Source of the DNA: Candidatus Hydrogenedentota bacterium
GTDB lineage: Bacteria; Hydrogenedentota; Hydrogenedentia; Hydrogenedentales; SLHB01
Direction: 5' to 3'
Length of the DNA stretch: 64,000 bases
Assembly (NCBI GenBank): GCA_963674865.2
Contig: CAXXYE010000009.1
Span: 640,001 to 704,000, forward strand
Every line of letters starts with the position of its first letter. The stretch's first letter is position 1. Below, piece by piece: positions 10,071 to 19,912 of this stretch. The notes under the pieces were generated by a model, which had not been told where the DNA came from, did not search any database, and saw only the letters and a list, made by a program, of their open reading frames with translations. The translations under genes and the position numbers were made by a program.

Positions 10071-11525
10071 ATGAGAGCCATTATGGTGATGTTCGATTCA
10101 CTCAACCGCCACATGCTGCCGCCCTATGGCTGCGACTGGGTTCACGCGCCGAATTTCGCGCGCCTCGCCGAGCGCTCGGTTACCTTCACGCGCTCGTATG
10201 TGGGCAGCATGCCGTGCATGCCGGCCCGGCGCGAACTCCACACCGGCCGCTACAACTTCCTCCATAGGAGTTGGGGGCCCGTCGAGCCTTTCGACGACTC
10301 GACGCCGCAGATCCTCAAGCAGAATGGGATCTACACGCATTTGAGCACCGATCACTACCACTATTGGGAAGACGGCGGCGCTACGTACCACCAACGCTAC
10401 AATTCCTTCGCGTTTTTCCGCGGCCAGGAGGGGGACTTCTGGAAGGCCGAGGTCAAAGATCCCGAACTGCCGGCCCATTTGGGCAACATGTGGCGCTCGG
10501 ACATGATCAATCGCAAGTACATGAACCGCGAGGAGCTTCAGCCCCAGTCAGGCACTTTCGCCAATGGCATCGAGTTCCTCCGTGCCAATCACGCCGAGGA
10601 CAACTGGTTCCTCCACATCGAGACCTTCGATCCCCACGAGCCGTATTTCACGCAGCAGCACTACAAGGACCTCTATCCCCACGATTACGACGGCCCCATG
10701 TTCGACTGGCCCAAGTATGGCCGCGTCACCGAGACGCCGGAGCAGGTGCAGCACTGCCGCTACGAGAACGCCGCGCTAGTCAGCATGTGCGACGCCAACC
10801 TCGGCAAAGTCCTCGACCTCATGGACGAACTTGACCTCTGGAAGGACACGCTCCTCATCGTCAACACCGACCACGGCTTCCTCCTCGGCGAGCACGACTA
10901 CTGGGCTAAGTGCATCGAGCCGTTCTACGAGGAGGTATCGCACACGCCGCTGTTTATATGGGATCCGCGCTGCATGCGCGCGGGCGAGGAATGCGACGCC
11001 CTTGTCCAAACCATCGACCTGCCCGCGACGCTCCTCGAGTACTTCGGCATTGAGCGCCCGTCGGACATGCAAGGGGCGCCGTTGCGCGAGACAGTCGCCG
11101 CCGATGTCCCCGTTCGCGAAGCCGCCCTGTTCGGGCTCCACGGCGCGCACGTCAATGTCACCGACGGGCGCTACGTCTACATGCGCGCGCCCGTTTCCCC
11201 CGAAAACCAGCCGCTCTACAACTACACGGTCATGCCCACGCACATGCGCGGCCTGTTCCATCTCGATGAGTTCGACGGCGTCGAGCTTGCTGAGCCTTTT
11301 GCCTTCACCAAGGACTGCAAGACGCTGAAGTGCAAGGCCGTGAAGGCGGGGGATTATCACCAATACGGCACGCTCCTGTTCGATCTCGAAAAGGATCCCA
11401 AACAGGAGCATCCCATCGAGGACGCCGACATCGAGCAGCGCATGATCGCCCTCATGCTCCGCCTCATGAAGGAAACCGACGCCCCACCCGAGCAGTACCA
11501 GCGCCTGGGATTGCCGCAGCCATGA
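10071..11525 (+). CDS. Cys-type sulfatase (formylglycine-dependent)
   Basis: MFDSL, CMPARRELHTG (CxPxR), FDPHEP, NTDHG; no signal peptide. Confidence 0.92.
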   Translation: MRAIMVMFDSLNRHMLPPYGCDWVHAPNFARLAERSVTFTRSYVGSMPCMPARRELHTGRYNFLHRSWGPVEPFDDSTPQILKQNGIYTHLSTDHYHYWEDGGATYHQRYNSFAFFRGQEGDFWKAEVKDPELPAHLGNMWRSDMINRKYMNREELQPQSGTFANGIEFLRANHAEDNWFLHIETFDPHEPYFTQQHYKDLYPHDYDGPMFDWPKYGRVTETPEQVQHCRYENAALVSMCDANLGKVLDLMDELDLWKDTLLIVNTDHGFLLGEHDYWAKCIEPFYEEVSHTPLFIWDPRCMRAGEECDALVQTIDLPATLLEYFGIERPSDMQGAPLRETVAADVPVREAALFGLHGAHVNVTDGRYVYMRAPVSPENQPLYNYTVMPTHMRGLFHLDEFDGVELAEPFAFTKDCKTLKCKAVKAGDYHQYGTLLFDLEKDPKQEHPIEDADIEQRMIALMLRLMKETDAPPEQYQRLGLPQP

Positions 11526-13036
11526 CGGAAAAGCGCCCCAACATCCTGCTCATCACGAGCGATCAGCAGCACTTCGATACGCTTGGCGTAACGAATTCTC
11601 GCATCCAGACGCCCGCCTTGGATCGCCTCGCCGCCGAGGGCACGCGGTTCGACAGGGCCTACACCTGCAATCCCGTCTGCTCGCCGGCCCGCTCGAGCAT
11701 CATCACCGGCCTGTATCCGGCCTGGCACCACTGCTGGACTATCGGCGTCAAGCTGCCGGAGGACGTGCCCACCGTGGGCGACCTCTTCCAGCAACACGGA
11801 TATCACACTTGCCTCGTAGGCAAGGCCCATTTCCAGCCTCTGGCATCTCAGCCGGGCAGCGAGTCGCTCGAGTGCCAGCCCACCTTGCGCGACCTGGATT
11901 TCTGGCGCGGCTTCCACGGGCCTTGGTACGGCTTCGAACACGTCGAGGTCGCCCGCAATCACGCGGACGAATCGCACGCCGGCCAGCATTACGGCATCTG
12001 GATGGAGGAGAAGGGGCTCGATAACTGGCTGGACTATTTCTGGGAATGGCCCCACCGGCCCGATGGCATCCGGCGTAAACACGCGTGGGATCTCCCGGAA
12101 GCCTTTCATTACAGCGTGTGGACGGCCGAGCGGACTATCGCCAACATCGAGCGATCCGTGGCCGAGAACAAGCCCTTCTTCCTGTGGTCGAGTTTCCAGG
12201 ATCCGCACCCACCGTACCTCGTCTCTGAGCCGTGGGCGTCCATGTACCGGCCTGAGGATATGCAGCCCGGACGCCTCGAATCCGGCGAAATGGACAAGAT
12301 GCCCCCGCATTTTCAGAAGACTCAGGAAGAGAATCCCGATTTCTCCATGTACCGCGAAACGTACGGCCCCCACGGGTTCCATTCGCATCTTGTCGCCGAG
12401 GCCGACCTGCGCAAGAACATGGCCGTCTACTACGGCATGATCAGCCTCATGGATCGCGAGATCGGGCGCATCCTCGACGCCCTCGACAGGTTCGGCATCG
12501 CCGAGAACACCCTCGTCGTGTTCTCGACGGATCATGGCCACTTCCTGGGGCAGCATGGGCTTATCGCCAAAGGCGCGTTCCACTATGAAGACATGATCAA
12601 GCTGCCCATGCTCGCCCGGTATCCCGGCGTCATTCCCGCGGGTGGGGTGTCGTCCGCGCTGCAATCCAACGTCGATTACGCGCCAACCTTCCTCGACGCC
12701 GCTGGGATTCCCGTCCCCGGCCTGATGCAGGGCCGCAGCCAGCTCGACGCCTGGCGCGGCGGCGTGCCGGGTGTGCGCGAGCACGTCATCGTCGAAAACC
12801 GCCACGAGCCGACGAAGGTCCACCTCCGCACCTACGTGGACCGGCGCTATAAGTTAACCGTCTATCGCGATGCGGAATGCGGCGAGTTATTTGATCTTGA
12901 GCAAGATCCCGGCGAGGTCCAAAACCTGTGGGATGATCCGGCCGCCGCGGCACTCAAGGCCGATCTCCTCCACCGGTTCATGCAGGCCGAACTCCAGCGC
13001 GAACCGACGCGTATGCCCCGTATTTGGGGGGCCTAG
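11522..13036 (+). CDS. Cys-type sulfatase (formylglycine-dependent)
   Basis: ATG 11522 overlaps the upstream stop (ATGA). RPNILLITSDQ, CSPARSSIITG, GKAH, DPHPP, STDHG. Confidence 0.92.
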   Translation: MTEKRPNILLITSDQQHFDTLGVTNSRIQTPALDRLAAEGTRFDRAYTCNPVCSPARSSIITGLYPAWHHCWTIGVKLPEDVPTVGDLFQQHGYHTCLVGKAHFQPLASQPGSESLECQPTLRDLDFWRGFHGPWYGFEHVEVARNHADESHAGQHYGIWMEEKGLDNWLDYFWEWPHRPDGIRRKHAWDLPEAFHYSVWTAERTIANIERSVAENKPFFLWSSFQDPHPPYLVSEPWASMYRPEDMQPGRLESGEMDKMPPHFQKTQEENPDFSMYRETYGPHGFHSHLVAEADLRKNMAVYYGMISLMDREIGRILDALDRFGIAENTLVVFSTDHGHFLGQHGLIAKGAFHYEDMIKLPMLARYPGVIPAGGVSSALQSNVDYAPTFLDAAGIPVPGLMQGRSQLDAWRGGVPGVREHVIVENRHEPTKVHLRTYVDRRYKLTVYRDAECGELFDLEQDPGEVQNLWDDPAAAALKADLLHRFMQAELQREPTRMPRIWGA

Positions 13037-13114
13037 GCCGATGGCGACGGTAAACCGGGCCGTCCCCGTTGTGTGCTACTCAACGCGGCCGCGACTCATC
13101 TCGGCGGCCCGTTC

Positions 13115-14260
13115 ATGAGCACTCTCGCGGAATACGGATTCTGGGACTACACCACGCCCGGCGCCGGCGGCATCGAGCAGTTCAGCCGCGATGACTATCT
13201 CACGCTCCTGGATGATATGGCCGCAGCGGCGATGGATTCCCTCATGATCTGCGTCAAGTGGTCCACGACGGGCTACCGCTCTTGCCTGCCCTTTCTCGAT
13301 CAGTTGTCCGGCAATCCCGTCATCGCATCCGACAACGCCCTCTTGCGCGAAGTCATCGACGAAGCCGCCGCCCGAGGCATCAAGGTTTGGCTCGGGGCGG
13401 TGGTCAGCATCTACGCGGCGGAGAAGTACGGCATCGCCCCCTACGAGATGCATGAGATGACGCTCCCCGGCACCGCGCCACTCGGAGTCGGCGTGTACGA
13501 TGCCGACAGCTCCGAGTTCACCGAGCGTGCCGTTCAGATTGCGGAGGAACTCATCACGCTCTTCCCCGGCATCCACGGCCTTGAGATCGAGATGGAGGGC
13601 AGCGGAAAGGGCCTGCCTCACCGCGCCGCTGCGTATAACGCCTGGGCCGAGGCCAACGGGCGCGTCCCGTTTGAGCAGCTTGGACGCCCCCTGGATCCGC
13701 GTCCTTTCGATGTCCCCGACTGGCGCGACTACGCCACTGCGCGCCGCCTGGATACGCTTGAAGCCATCGAGCGCGCTGTCCGCGCCAACGGCTTCTCCGG
13801 CAAGCTCGCGACCATCCTCGAAACCGCCGCCACGCCTTACGCCGCGGGGCAAGAGATCAACTTGGACGTGTTCAAAGGCCGCTGCCCGACCTGGACGGCG
13901 ATCACGTACGAATACGACAAGTGGCGTCACCGCCATGCGATGATGGACTTCTGTATCGAGCAGCCTAGGAGCGCCGGTATCCCCGTCCACTACCTTCCGC
14001 GCGGCGTCATGACATGGACGTACGGCTGCGACTGGCCCCTGCCCATCGCTCTCGAAGAGAGCTGGCGCCGCGATATCGAGGACGTCGCGCGCTTCCGGCC
14101 CGACGGCCTATGGTGGTTTGGGGCGGGCGCCGTCGGCGAAGGCGCGCACGTCAGCACTTCGCGGCTGAATGCGATCGGATACACCGATGGCGTGGCCGCG
14201 CGCCGCGCGCTGCTGAAGGCCGCCGAACCTCTCCGAACGCGTCCGCTCAAAGCGTCCTGA
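13115..14260 (+). CDS. Hypothetical protein, probable glycoside-hydrolase-like TIM barrel
   Basis: Long ORF with host-like codon usage continuing the sulfatase operon; LREVIDEAAARGIKVWLG resembles GH-like barrels. Start uncertain (13073 or 13115). Confidence 0.55.
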   Translation: MSTLAEYGFWDYTTPGAGGIEQFSRDDYLTLLDDMAAAAMDSLMICVKWSTTGYRSCLPFLDQLSGNPVIASDNALLREVIDEAAARGIKVWLGAVVSIYAAEKYGIAPYEMHEMTLPGTAPLGVGVYDADSSEFTERAVQIAEELITLFPGIHGLEIEMEGSGKGLPHRAAAYNAWAEANGRVPFEQLGRPLDPRPFDVPDWRDYATARRLDTLEAIERAVRANGFSGKLATILETAATPYAAGQEINLDVFKGRCPTWTAITYEYDKWRHRHAMMDFCIEQPRSAGIPVHYLPRGVMTWTYGCDWPLPIALEESWRRDIEDVARFRPDGLWWFGAGAVGEGAHVSTSRLNAIGYTDGVAARRALLKAAEPLRTRPLKAS

Positions 14261-14361
14261 ACAACCGGCCAGCGAAGCGCGCTTGTAGCTCGCGCGGCGC
14301 ATATTCACCCCGCCGCTTGGCTCCTCGATATAGGCCCGCCTGAATCGATACGCGGAAACTC

Positions 14362-15807
14362 TCAGGATGCGTTATCGAAGAACGCCTGGATAACCTGGCC
14401 GATATCGGTGTTGTCGAGGTAGGCGCCGTGAACCGGATCGGTGCCCGTCGCCCGTGCCTTGAAGTCCTCCGCGCCGGCGCCGCGGATGTAGAAAGGCACG
14501 AGGCTGTTGGTGTGTCCGCCTCTGTACCACACGGCGCCCGGCATCCGGCCCTTGCCGCGATTCTCCAGTGGTTTCCACTCCGGATCCGAGTCAGGCCCCC
14601 AAATGTAACCGCAGTCGTGGTCGGCGGTGATGATAACCAGGTTCTCGTCCCAGCCGCCGTTCGCTTCGACCCAATCGATCACGGCGTCAACCGCCCCGTG
14701 GAAATCGATCTGCTCCTCAATCATGCGCCCCAGTTGGTTGCGGTGGCTGGCCCAGTCAATCGCGCCGCCCTCGATCATGAGGAAGAGTCCATCCGGGTCT
14801 TGCCCGAGCACGGCAAGCGCGCCGCGCGTCATTTCCGCCAGCGTCGGCACGGTTTCAATGAGCGGCGTCTCGTAGGGGGCGTCGTCCTCCGGCTTCCCGT
14901 CGAGGGACGCTCGCCGCTCCTGCGTGGTCTTGAAGGCTTGCACGATGCCCGCCACACGCTTGGGGGGATTCTTCACCAAGTCCTTGAACTCTTCCCGCGT
15001 CTGTACCAAGCTCCAGCCGTCAGGCGTGCCGTCGCCGTCGGCGTCCGCCATGGGCGTGCCCGCCTCGAGATCGCGCCAGGTCTCCTCGCCGCCAACATAC
15101 CAATAGCGCTTTGCTCGCTTCCCCTCATCCTCCTCAGGCGGTTGGCGCACACCGTCCGAATCAAAGTCGGGATGTCCCGCCCCCATGATGACATCGACTG
15201 CACTCTCGCGAAACATTTCGTTCCCAATCTCATCGCAGTTGCTGCGGGACTCGTTGTGAGCGACAAAGCCGGCCGGCGTCGCGTGGGAGACCTCCACTGT
15301 CGTGATCACTCCCGTCGCTTTGCCGCACGCCTCAGCCGCCTCGACCGCGTTACGAACGGGCTGCTTCCCCGGATCCACCCCAATGGCCTTCGAGTACGTC
15401 TTCATGCCGGAGGCCATGGCCGTCGCGGCGGCGGCGCTGTCCGTGGCGCCTTGCCGGCAATTCTCGAACTTGGCCCAGATCTCTTCCGGCTCGTATGCGC
15501 CGCCGTCCGGGTAGGTGGTCATCGCCAATGAAGTGAACGTCTGCTGATAGCGCTGCGCGCCGGCCTCGCCATCCTGGTAGTAGTTCGTTGCGAGTACGTG
15601 GTTGAAACTGCAACCGTCGGAGATCATCACGATGACATTGCGCGGCCCGCTACCTTGGACGGGCGGCGTGCCCTTGCGCGGCGTTTGAGTCTGGCTATAC
15701 TCAGTCGTGGTCGTGGCGCAAGACACGCACAGCGCCGCCAAGAGGGCCATGACGAACCAACGAATACCGGACTTGGCTGAGATCAGACGGGATAGCGAAG
15801 CACTCAT
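14362..15807 (-). CDS. Alkaline phosphatase (PhoA family), probable lipoprotein
   Basis: ISDG, TDSAAAATA (catalytic Ser), SHATPA, IEGGAIDWASH, TADHD, GHT; lipobox-like LCVSC. Confidence 0.93.
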   Translation of the reverse strand: MSASLSRLISAKSGIRWFVMALLAALCVSCATTTTEYSQTQTPRKGTPPVQGSGPRNVIVMISDGCSFNHVLATNYYQDGEAGAQRYQQTFTSLAMTTYPDGGAYEPEEIWAKFENCRQGATDSAAAATAMASGMKTYSKAIGVDPGKQPVRNAVEAAEACGKATGVITTVEVSHATPAGFVAHNESRSNCDEIGNEMFRESAVDVIMGAGHPDFDSDGVRQPPEEDEGKRAKRYWYVGGEETWRDLEAGTPMADADGDGTPDGWSLVQTREEFKDLVKNPPKRVAGIVQAFKTTQERRASLDGKPEDDAPYETPLIETVPTLAEMTRGALAVLGQDPDGLFLMIEGGAIDWASHRNQLGRMIEEQIDFHGAVDAVIDWVEANGGWDENLVIITADHDCGYIWGPDSDPEWKPLENRGKGRMPGAVWYRGGHTNSLVPFYIRGAGAEDFKARATGTDPVHGAYLDNTDIGQVIQAFFDNAS

Positions 15808-16217
15808 TATTCACCTCAAAGGTTAATGGCGGGGCCCTTTACGCAAGGCATCGCGTTGCGATGTCTGATACGGCCCATCGGGAAGTCTGCGTTAGGGCCA
15901 CGCACGGAGGGGGCTGGAGGCCATGGGGCCTGGACAGCGCCACAATACTCGACACGCCCTCAATGGGGCCAACTCCACAACATACACAGTAGAACAACAA
16001 AACACAAGTCGCCTTTGCAGGCGCCCCGGCCACATTAGCTGCCCTTGCCCGGCAAGGCCTTCCAGGGGCTACTGATGAAACAACTCGCATCGACAGAAAA
16101 TTCTTGGCAGCGACAGCGAGAAGGAGGGTCGAGGTAGGCGCCGGCTTCCCATGCTTGATTACCACCGGGATACACCTTCAAGAAGGGCGCAAGAGCTGTC
16201 CGCGCCTCGCTGCTGCT

Positions 16218-17624
16218 CTAAGGTGCACTCGCGAAGAAGCCCATGATTACCTGGCCGATATCGGTATTGTCGAGGTAGGCGCCGTAGACTGGATCCTCGC
16301 CCGTAGCCCGCATCAGGAAGGCCCAGGCGCCGGCGCCATGGACGTAAAACGGCACTAGGCTATTCGTATGGTTCCAACTGTACCATGCCGCGCCGGGCAT
16401 CTCGCCTTGGCCGTGATTCTCCACGGGCATCCACGCCGGATCCGAACCAGGCCCCCAGAGATAGCCGCAGTCATGATCGGCGGTAATGACTACCAGGTTT
16501 TCCCGCCAGCCGCCATGTGCCTCAACCCAATCGATTACCGCGTCAACGGCCCCATGAAAATCACTCTGTTCCTCGATCATACGTCCCAATTCGTTATTAT
16601 GGCTGGCCCAGTCAACGGCTCCGCCTTCGATCATAAGGAAGAAGCCGTCGGGGTCCTGCTCCAAGACCGCAAGCGCGCCACGCGTCATTTCCGCAAGCGT
16701 CGGCACCGTCTCGGTGAGGGGCGTCTCGTAGGGGGCATCATCCGTCGGGCTGCCATCGAGAGCGGTTCGCTGTTGCTGCGATGTCTTAAAAGCCTGCATC
16801 ACGCCCGCCACGCGCTTGTAGGGGTCTTCCGCCAATCTCTGAAACTCTTCCCGTGTCTGCAACAGCCTCCAGCCATCGGGCGTTCCATCACCATCCGCAT
16901 CCGCCATGGGCGTGCCTGCCTGGATATCACGCCAAGTCTCTTCCCCGCCGACGTATACATAGCGCGCCGATTGCGCCTCCACATCCTCCTCAGGCGGTTG
17001 CCACGCGCCATCTGAATCGAAAGCCGGGTGGCCGGCCCCCATGATGACGTCCACAGCGCTTTCGCGAAACATCTCGGCCGCGATTGCCGCGTAGTTGCCG
17101 CGCAGCCCGTTGTGTGCGACGAAGCCCGCCGGCGTGGCGTGGGAAACTTGCACCGTCGTAATGACTCCCGTCGCCTTGCCACACGCCTCGGCTGCCTCGA
17201 CGATGTTGCGGATGGGCCGGCCCTGCGTATCCACTCCGATGGCTCCCCGGTACGTCTTCACCCCCGTGGCCATAGCCGTTGCCGCGGCGGCGCTATCGGT
17301 GGCCCCCTCCAGGAGTGTATCGAAATCAGTCCAGGCGCTCTCCGGGTCGTACACGCCGCCATTGGGATAGGTGGTCATAGCCAGGAGGCTAAACGTCTGC
17401 TGATAGCGCTGGGCACCGGCTTCGCCGTCCTCGTAGAAGTTCGTTGCCAGCACATGGTTGAAGCTGCAGCCGTCGGAGATCATCACGATCACATTTCGCG
17501 GCACGGTGCAAGACGCGCAAAACAGCGTCAAGACACCCGCCATGATCCACCGCACGTAGTTTTCGCGTCGACGCATTGGATTGGCCATCTCCAAGCTCAC
17601 ATCGTTAACGATAGGATTTTCCAC
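16218..17624 (-). CDS. Alkaline phosphatase (PhoA family), tandem paralog, probable lipoprotein
   Basis: Same motifs as 14362-15807 with long identical peptide stretches; lipobox-like FCASC. True start may be ATG 17588 or 17576. Confidence 0.93.
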   Translation of the reverse strand: MENPIVNDVSLEMANPMRRRENYVRWIMAGVLTLFCASCTVPRNVIVMISDGCSFNHVLATNFYEDGEAGAQRYQQTFSLLAMTTYPNGGVYDPESAWTDFDTLLEGATDSAAAATAMATGVKTYRGAIGVDTQGRPIRNIVEAAEACGKATGVITTVQVSHATPAGFVAHNGLRGNYAAIAAEMFRESAVDVIMGAGHPAFDSDGAWQPPEEDVEAQSARYVYVGGEETWRDIQAGTPMADADGDGTPDGWRLLQTREEFQRLAEDPYKRVAGVMQAFKTSQQQRTALDGSPTDDAPYETPLTETVPTLAEMTRGALAVLEQDPDGFFLMIEGGAVDWASHNNELGRMIEEQSDFHGAVDAVIDWVEAHGGWRENLVVITADHDCGYLWGPGSDPAWMPVENHGQGEMPGAAWYSWNHTNSLVPFYVHGAGAWAFLMRATGEDPVYGAYLDNTDIGQVIMGFFASAP

Positions 17625-17755
17625 CTAGGATAGCAGAACGCCATATGTCATCATGCGCATGTCTTGTGCATTGAGCCTCCGCCAGAAACCACCTATTGAA
17701 GCGGCCCGTCGTGTGTGCTAAAACCTGCACCGGCGCAACACAAGGAGAGCTATTG

Positions 17756-18598
17756 ATGAAGACAATCATGCACAGTTATACATTCCGGGCCTATCCTCTC
17801 GAGGAAGCTTTCAGAAATGCGGCGCGCTTCGGATGGGAAGGGATCGAACTGCAGCCTTGCCATTTCGACCGCCAAGACGTCGTCAACGAACTGCCCCGCT
17901 GCGTAGCCGTGGGACAGGAATACGGCGTGCCCATTGAGTGCCTCGATTTCGGCGGGGATTTCATCAACGACGATCCCGCCGTCCGCGAAGCGGCGGTGGC
18001 GCAGGTGGGCGCCGCCATCGACGCCGCTGCCGATAACCGCGTTCTTCTCATGAATGGCTCGGCCGGCTCGCTGCGGGTCGACGACGAGGATTACGCCAAG
18101 AACGGCTCCGCCTTGGCTACGGACGTCCATTACGACCGCGCGGCCGACGCGTTCCGTCATCTCGGCGCCAAGGCTGCCGAGCGAGGCGTTACCATCTGCT
18201 TCGAGATTCACATGAACACCATCCATGACACCATTGCCGCGACGGCCCACCTCCTCGACAAGATCGGCTGCGATAATGTCATGGCCAATCCGGATCCCGC
18301 CAACATGTTCAGCAATAGCCGAGGCGAGCGCGATCCCGAGGCCCTCGACGCCCTTGTGGGACGGATCGGCTATTTCCATTTCAAGAACTGCGTCGAATTC
18401 GCCGGGAAGTACAACTACAGCGTCCGCCTCACCGACGGCCACATCGATTTCAGCAAGTATATTGAGAAGCTCTTTGCGCTCGGATTCGACGGCCCGGTGT
18501 GTGTTGAGTACTGCGGCGCGGGCGATCCGCACGTAGCCGCCGAGGAGGACCTGCGCTATCTCAGGCAAACCATCGAGTGGATTACGGCCCGCAGGTAG
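17756..18598 (+). CDS. Sugar phosphate isomerase/epimerase (xylose-isomerase-like TIM barrel)
   Basis: ATG after AAGGAG; GWEGIEL, ICFEIH, NPDPAN, YFHFKN, GPVCVEY. Confidence 0.88.
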   Translation: MKTIMHSYTFRAYPLEEAFRNAARFGWEGIELQPCHFDRQDVVNELPRCVAVGQEYGVPIECLDFGGDFINDDPAVREAAVAQVGAAIDAAADNRVLLMNGSAGSLRVDDEDYAKNGSALATDVHYDRAADAFRHLGAKAAERGVTICFEIHMNTIHDTIAATAHLLDKIGCDNVMANPDPANMFSNSRGERDPEALDALVGRIGYFHFKNCVEFAGKYNYSVRLTDGHIDFSKYIEKLFALGFDGPVCVEYCGAGDPHVAAEEDLRYLRQTIEWITARR

Positions 18599-18880
18599 GT
18601 ATGAGTCCGGTGGCCGGGCGGCCAATTGCGCCGTGCGTCAAGTCATTGGAGGCAAAGGTTTTGGCTAGATGGGCGTGCTCACCTGACGTTTGGACAGGCT
18701 TCACGAGGTGAAGTCGATGGGAAACTCCTGAGAGCGCGACACTGTCGAGTTAGCCGGCGATTACGGGTATAATTAAGGTTCTCCAGAGACTGCGGGATCG
18801 CCGGATGTCCCCCCCTAAACGCGTGTACGGCGCGACGGGCGTTTCAGGCGCGGCCCCGTTCAAGAAGGCAATACGTTTAC

Positions 18881-19894
18881 GTGAGCGAAAGAGCGAGCGC
18901 GAGCCAGATTCTCGCCGAAGTGATCCAGGCCAATTATGACCTGGGCGAGGTCACGCTGCCCGAAGCATTGACGGCGGCGCACCAGCGGCGCCACCGCAAG
19001 CTTACCGTCCAGACCTCCGTGGGCAAGTTCCTCGTCAAGACCTACAAGCGCGATCCACATGTCCTGGATGCCTTGCGCTTCCAACATCGCCTCTCCGATC
19101 ATCTGAAGAAGAATGACCTCCCCGTGGCTGAGATTCAGCCGGCGAAGAATGGCAAACGCATCGTCGAGGTGGACGACTGGGCGCTTGAGCTTCAGAAGTT
19201 CGTGGAAGGCGATCCGCTGAGGAAGGTTTCCTCTGAAAGCCTGGCCGTCTCCGCCAGGGCGCTTGGCCAATTTCACCGAGTCTGCCGTGATTTTCCACGG
19301 CCCGAACGCGACGCCCGCATGTGGCGCTTCAGCGAGGTGCCCCGAGCCACCTTTGGACAACTCTTCGAATTGGCACGCCGTGAGAGCGATGACGATGCCT
19401 TGCTAACCGAGCAGTGCAACCGGATTGCCCTGTTCCTCCGCGACGCGGCCAACGAACTGAGTTGGGAGACACGGGCCAATTTCGAAACCGGCCTCATTCA
19501 TGGGGACTGGCACGGAGGAAACCTGATCTTTCAGGGCGACCACCTCGTGGGCATCGTCGATCTCGAATTCGCCGGGGACGGATGCTATCTCGAAGACTTG
19601 GCCTACGCCCTATCCAACCTATGTATCCGGACCACCATGCGTGGGGAACGACTCACTAAGCGCACCGATGTGCTCCTTGTACACTACCAGCGTTTTCGCC
19701 GCCTCTCGTTCGCGGAACACGTCGCGCTCTACTATGCGGTAGGGGTCAAGCACGTGGCCACGGTTTCCTACCAGATCTCCCAGCAGCAGGGCGAGGTCGC
19801 CGGCCATCGCGCGCCCGAATGGATGGAACGGCTGGCGTCCCAATGCGAATGGCTCGCGGAACGCGCCGACAAGGTCCGCTGGGGAAAACTCTGA
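18881..19894 (+). CDS. APH / homoserine-kinase-type-II family phosphotransferase
   Basis: Brenner motif LIHGDWHGGNL followed by IVDLE; upstream TATAAT near 18768. Confidence 0.85.
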   Translation: MSERASASQILAEVIQANYDLGEVTLPEALTAAHQRRHRKLTVQTSVGKFLVKTYKRDPHVLDALRFQHRLSDHLKKNDLPVAEIQPAKNGKRIVEVDDWALELQKFVEGDPLRKVSSESLAVSARALGQFHRVCRDFPRPERDARMWRFSEVPRATFGQLFELARRESDDDALLTEQCNRIALFLRDAANELSWETRANFETGLIHGDWHGGNLIFQGDHLVGIVDLEFAGDGCYLEDLAYALSNLCIRTTMRGERLTKRTDVLLVHYQRFRRLSFAEHVALYYAVGVKHVATVSYQISQQQGEVAGHRAPEWMERLASQCEWLAERADKVRWGKL

Positions 19895-19912
19895 GTCCGG
19901 CCTGAGGGGGCG

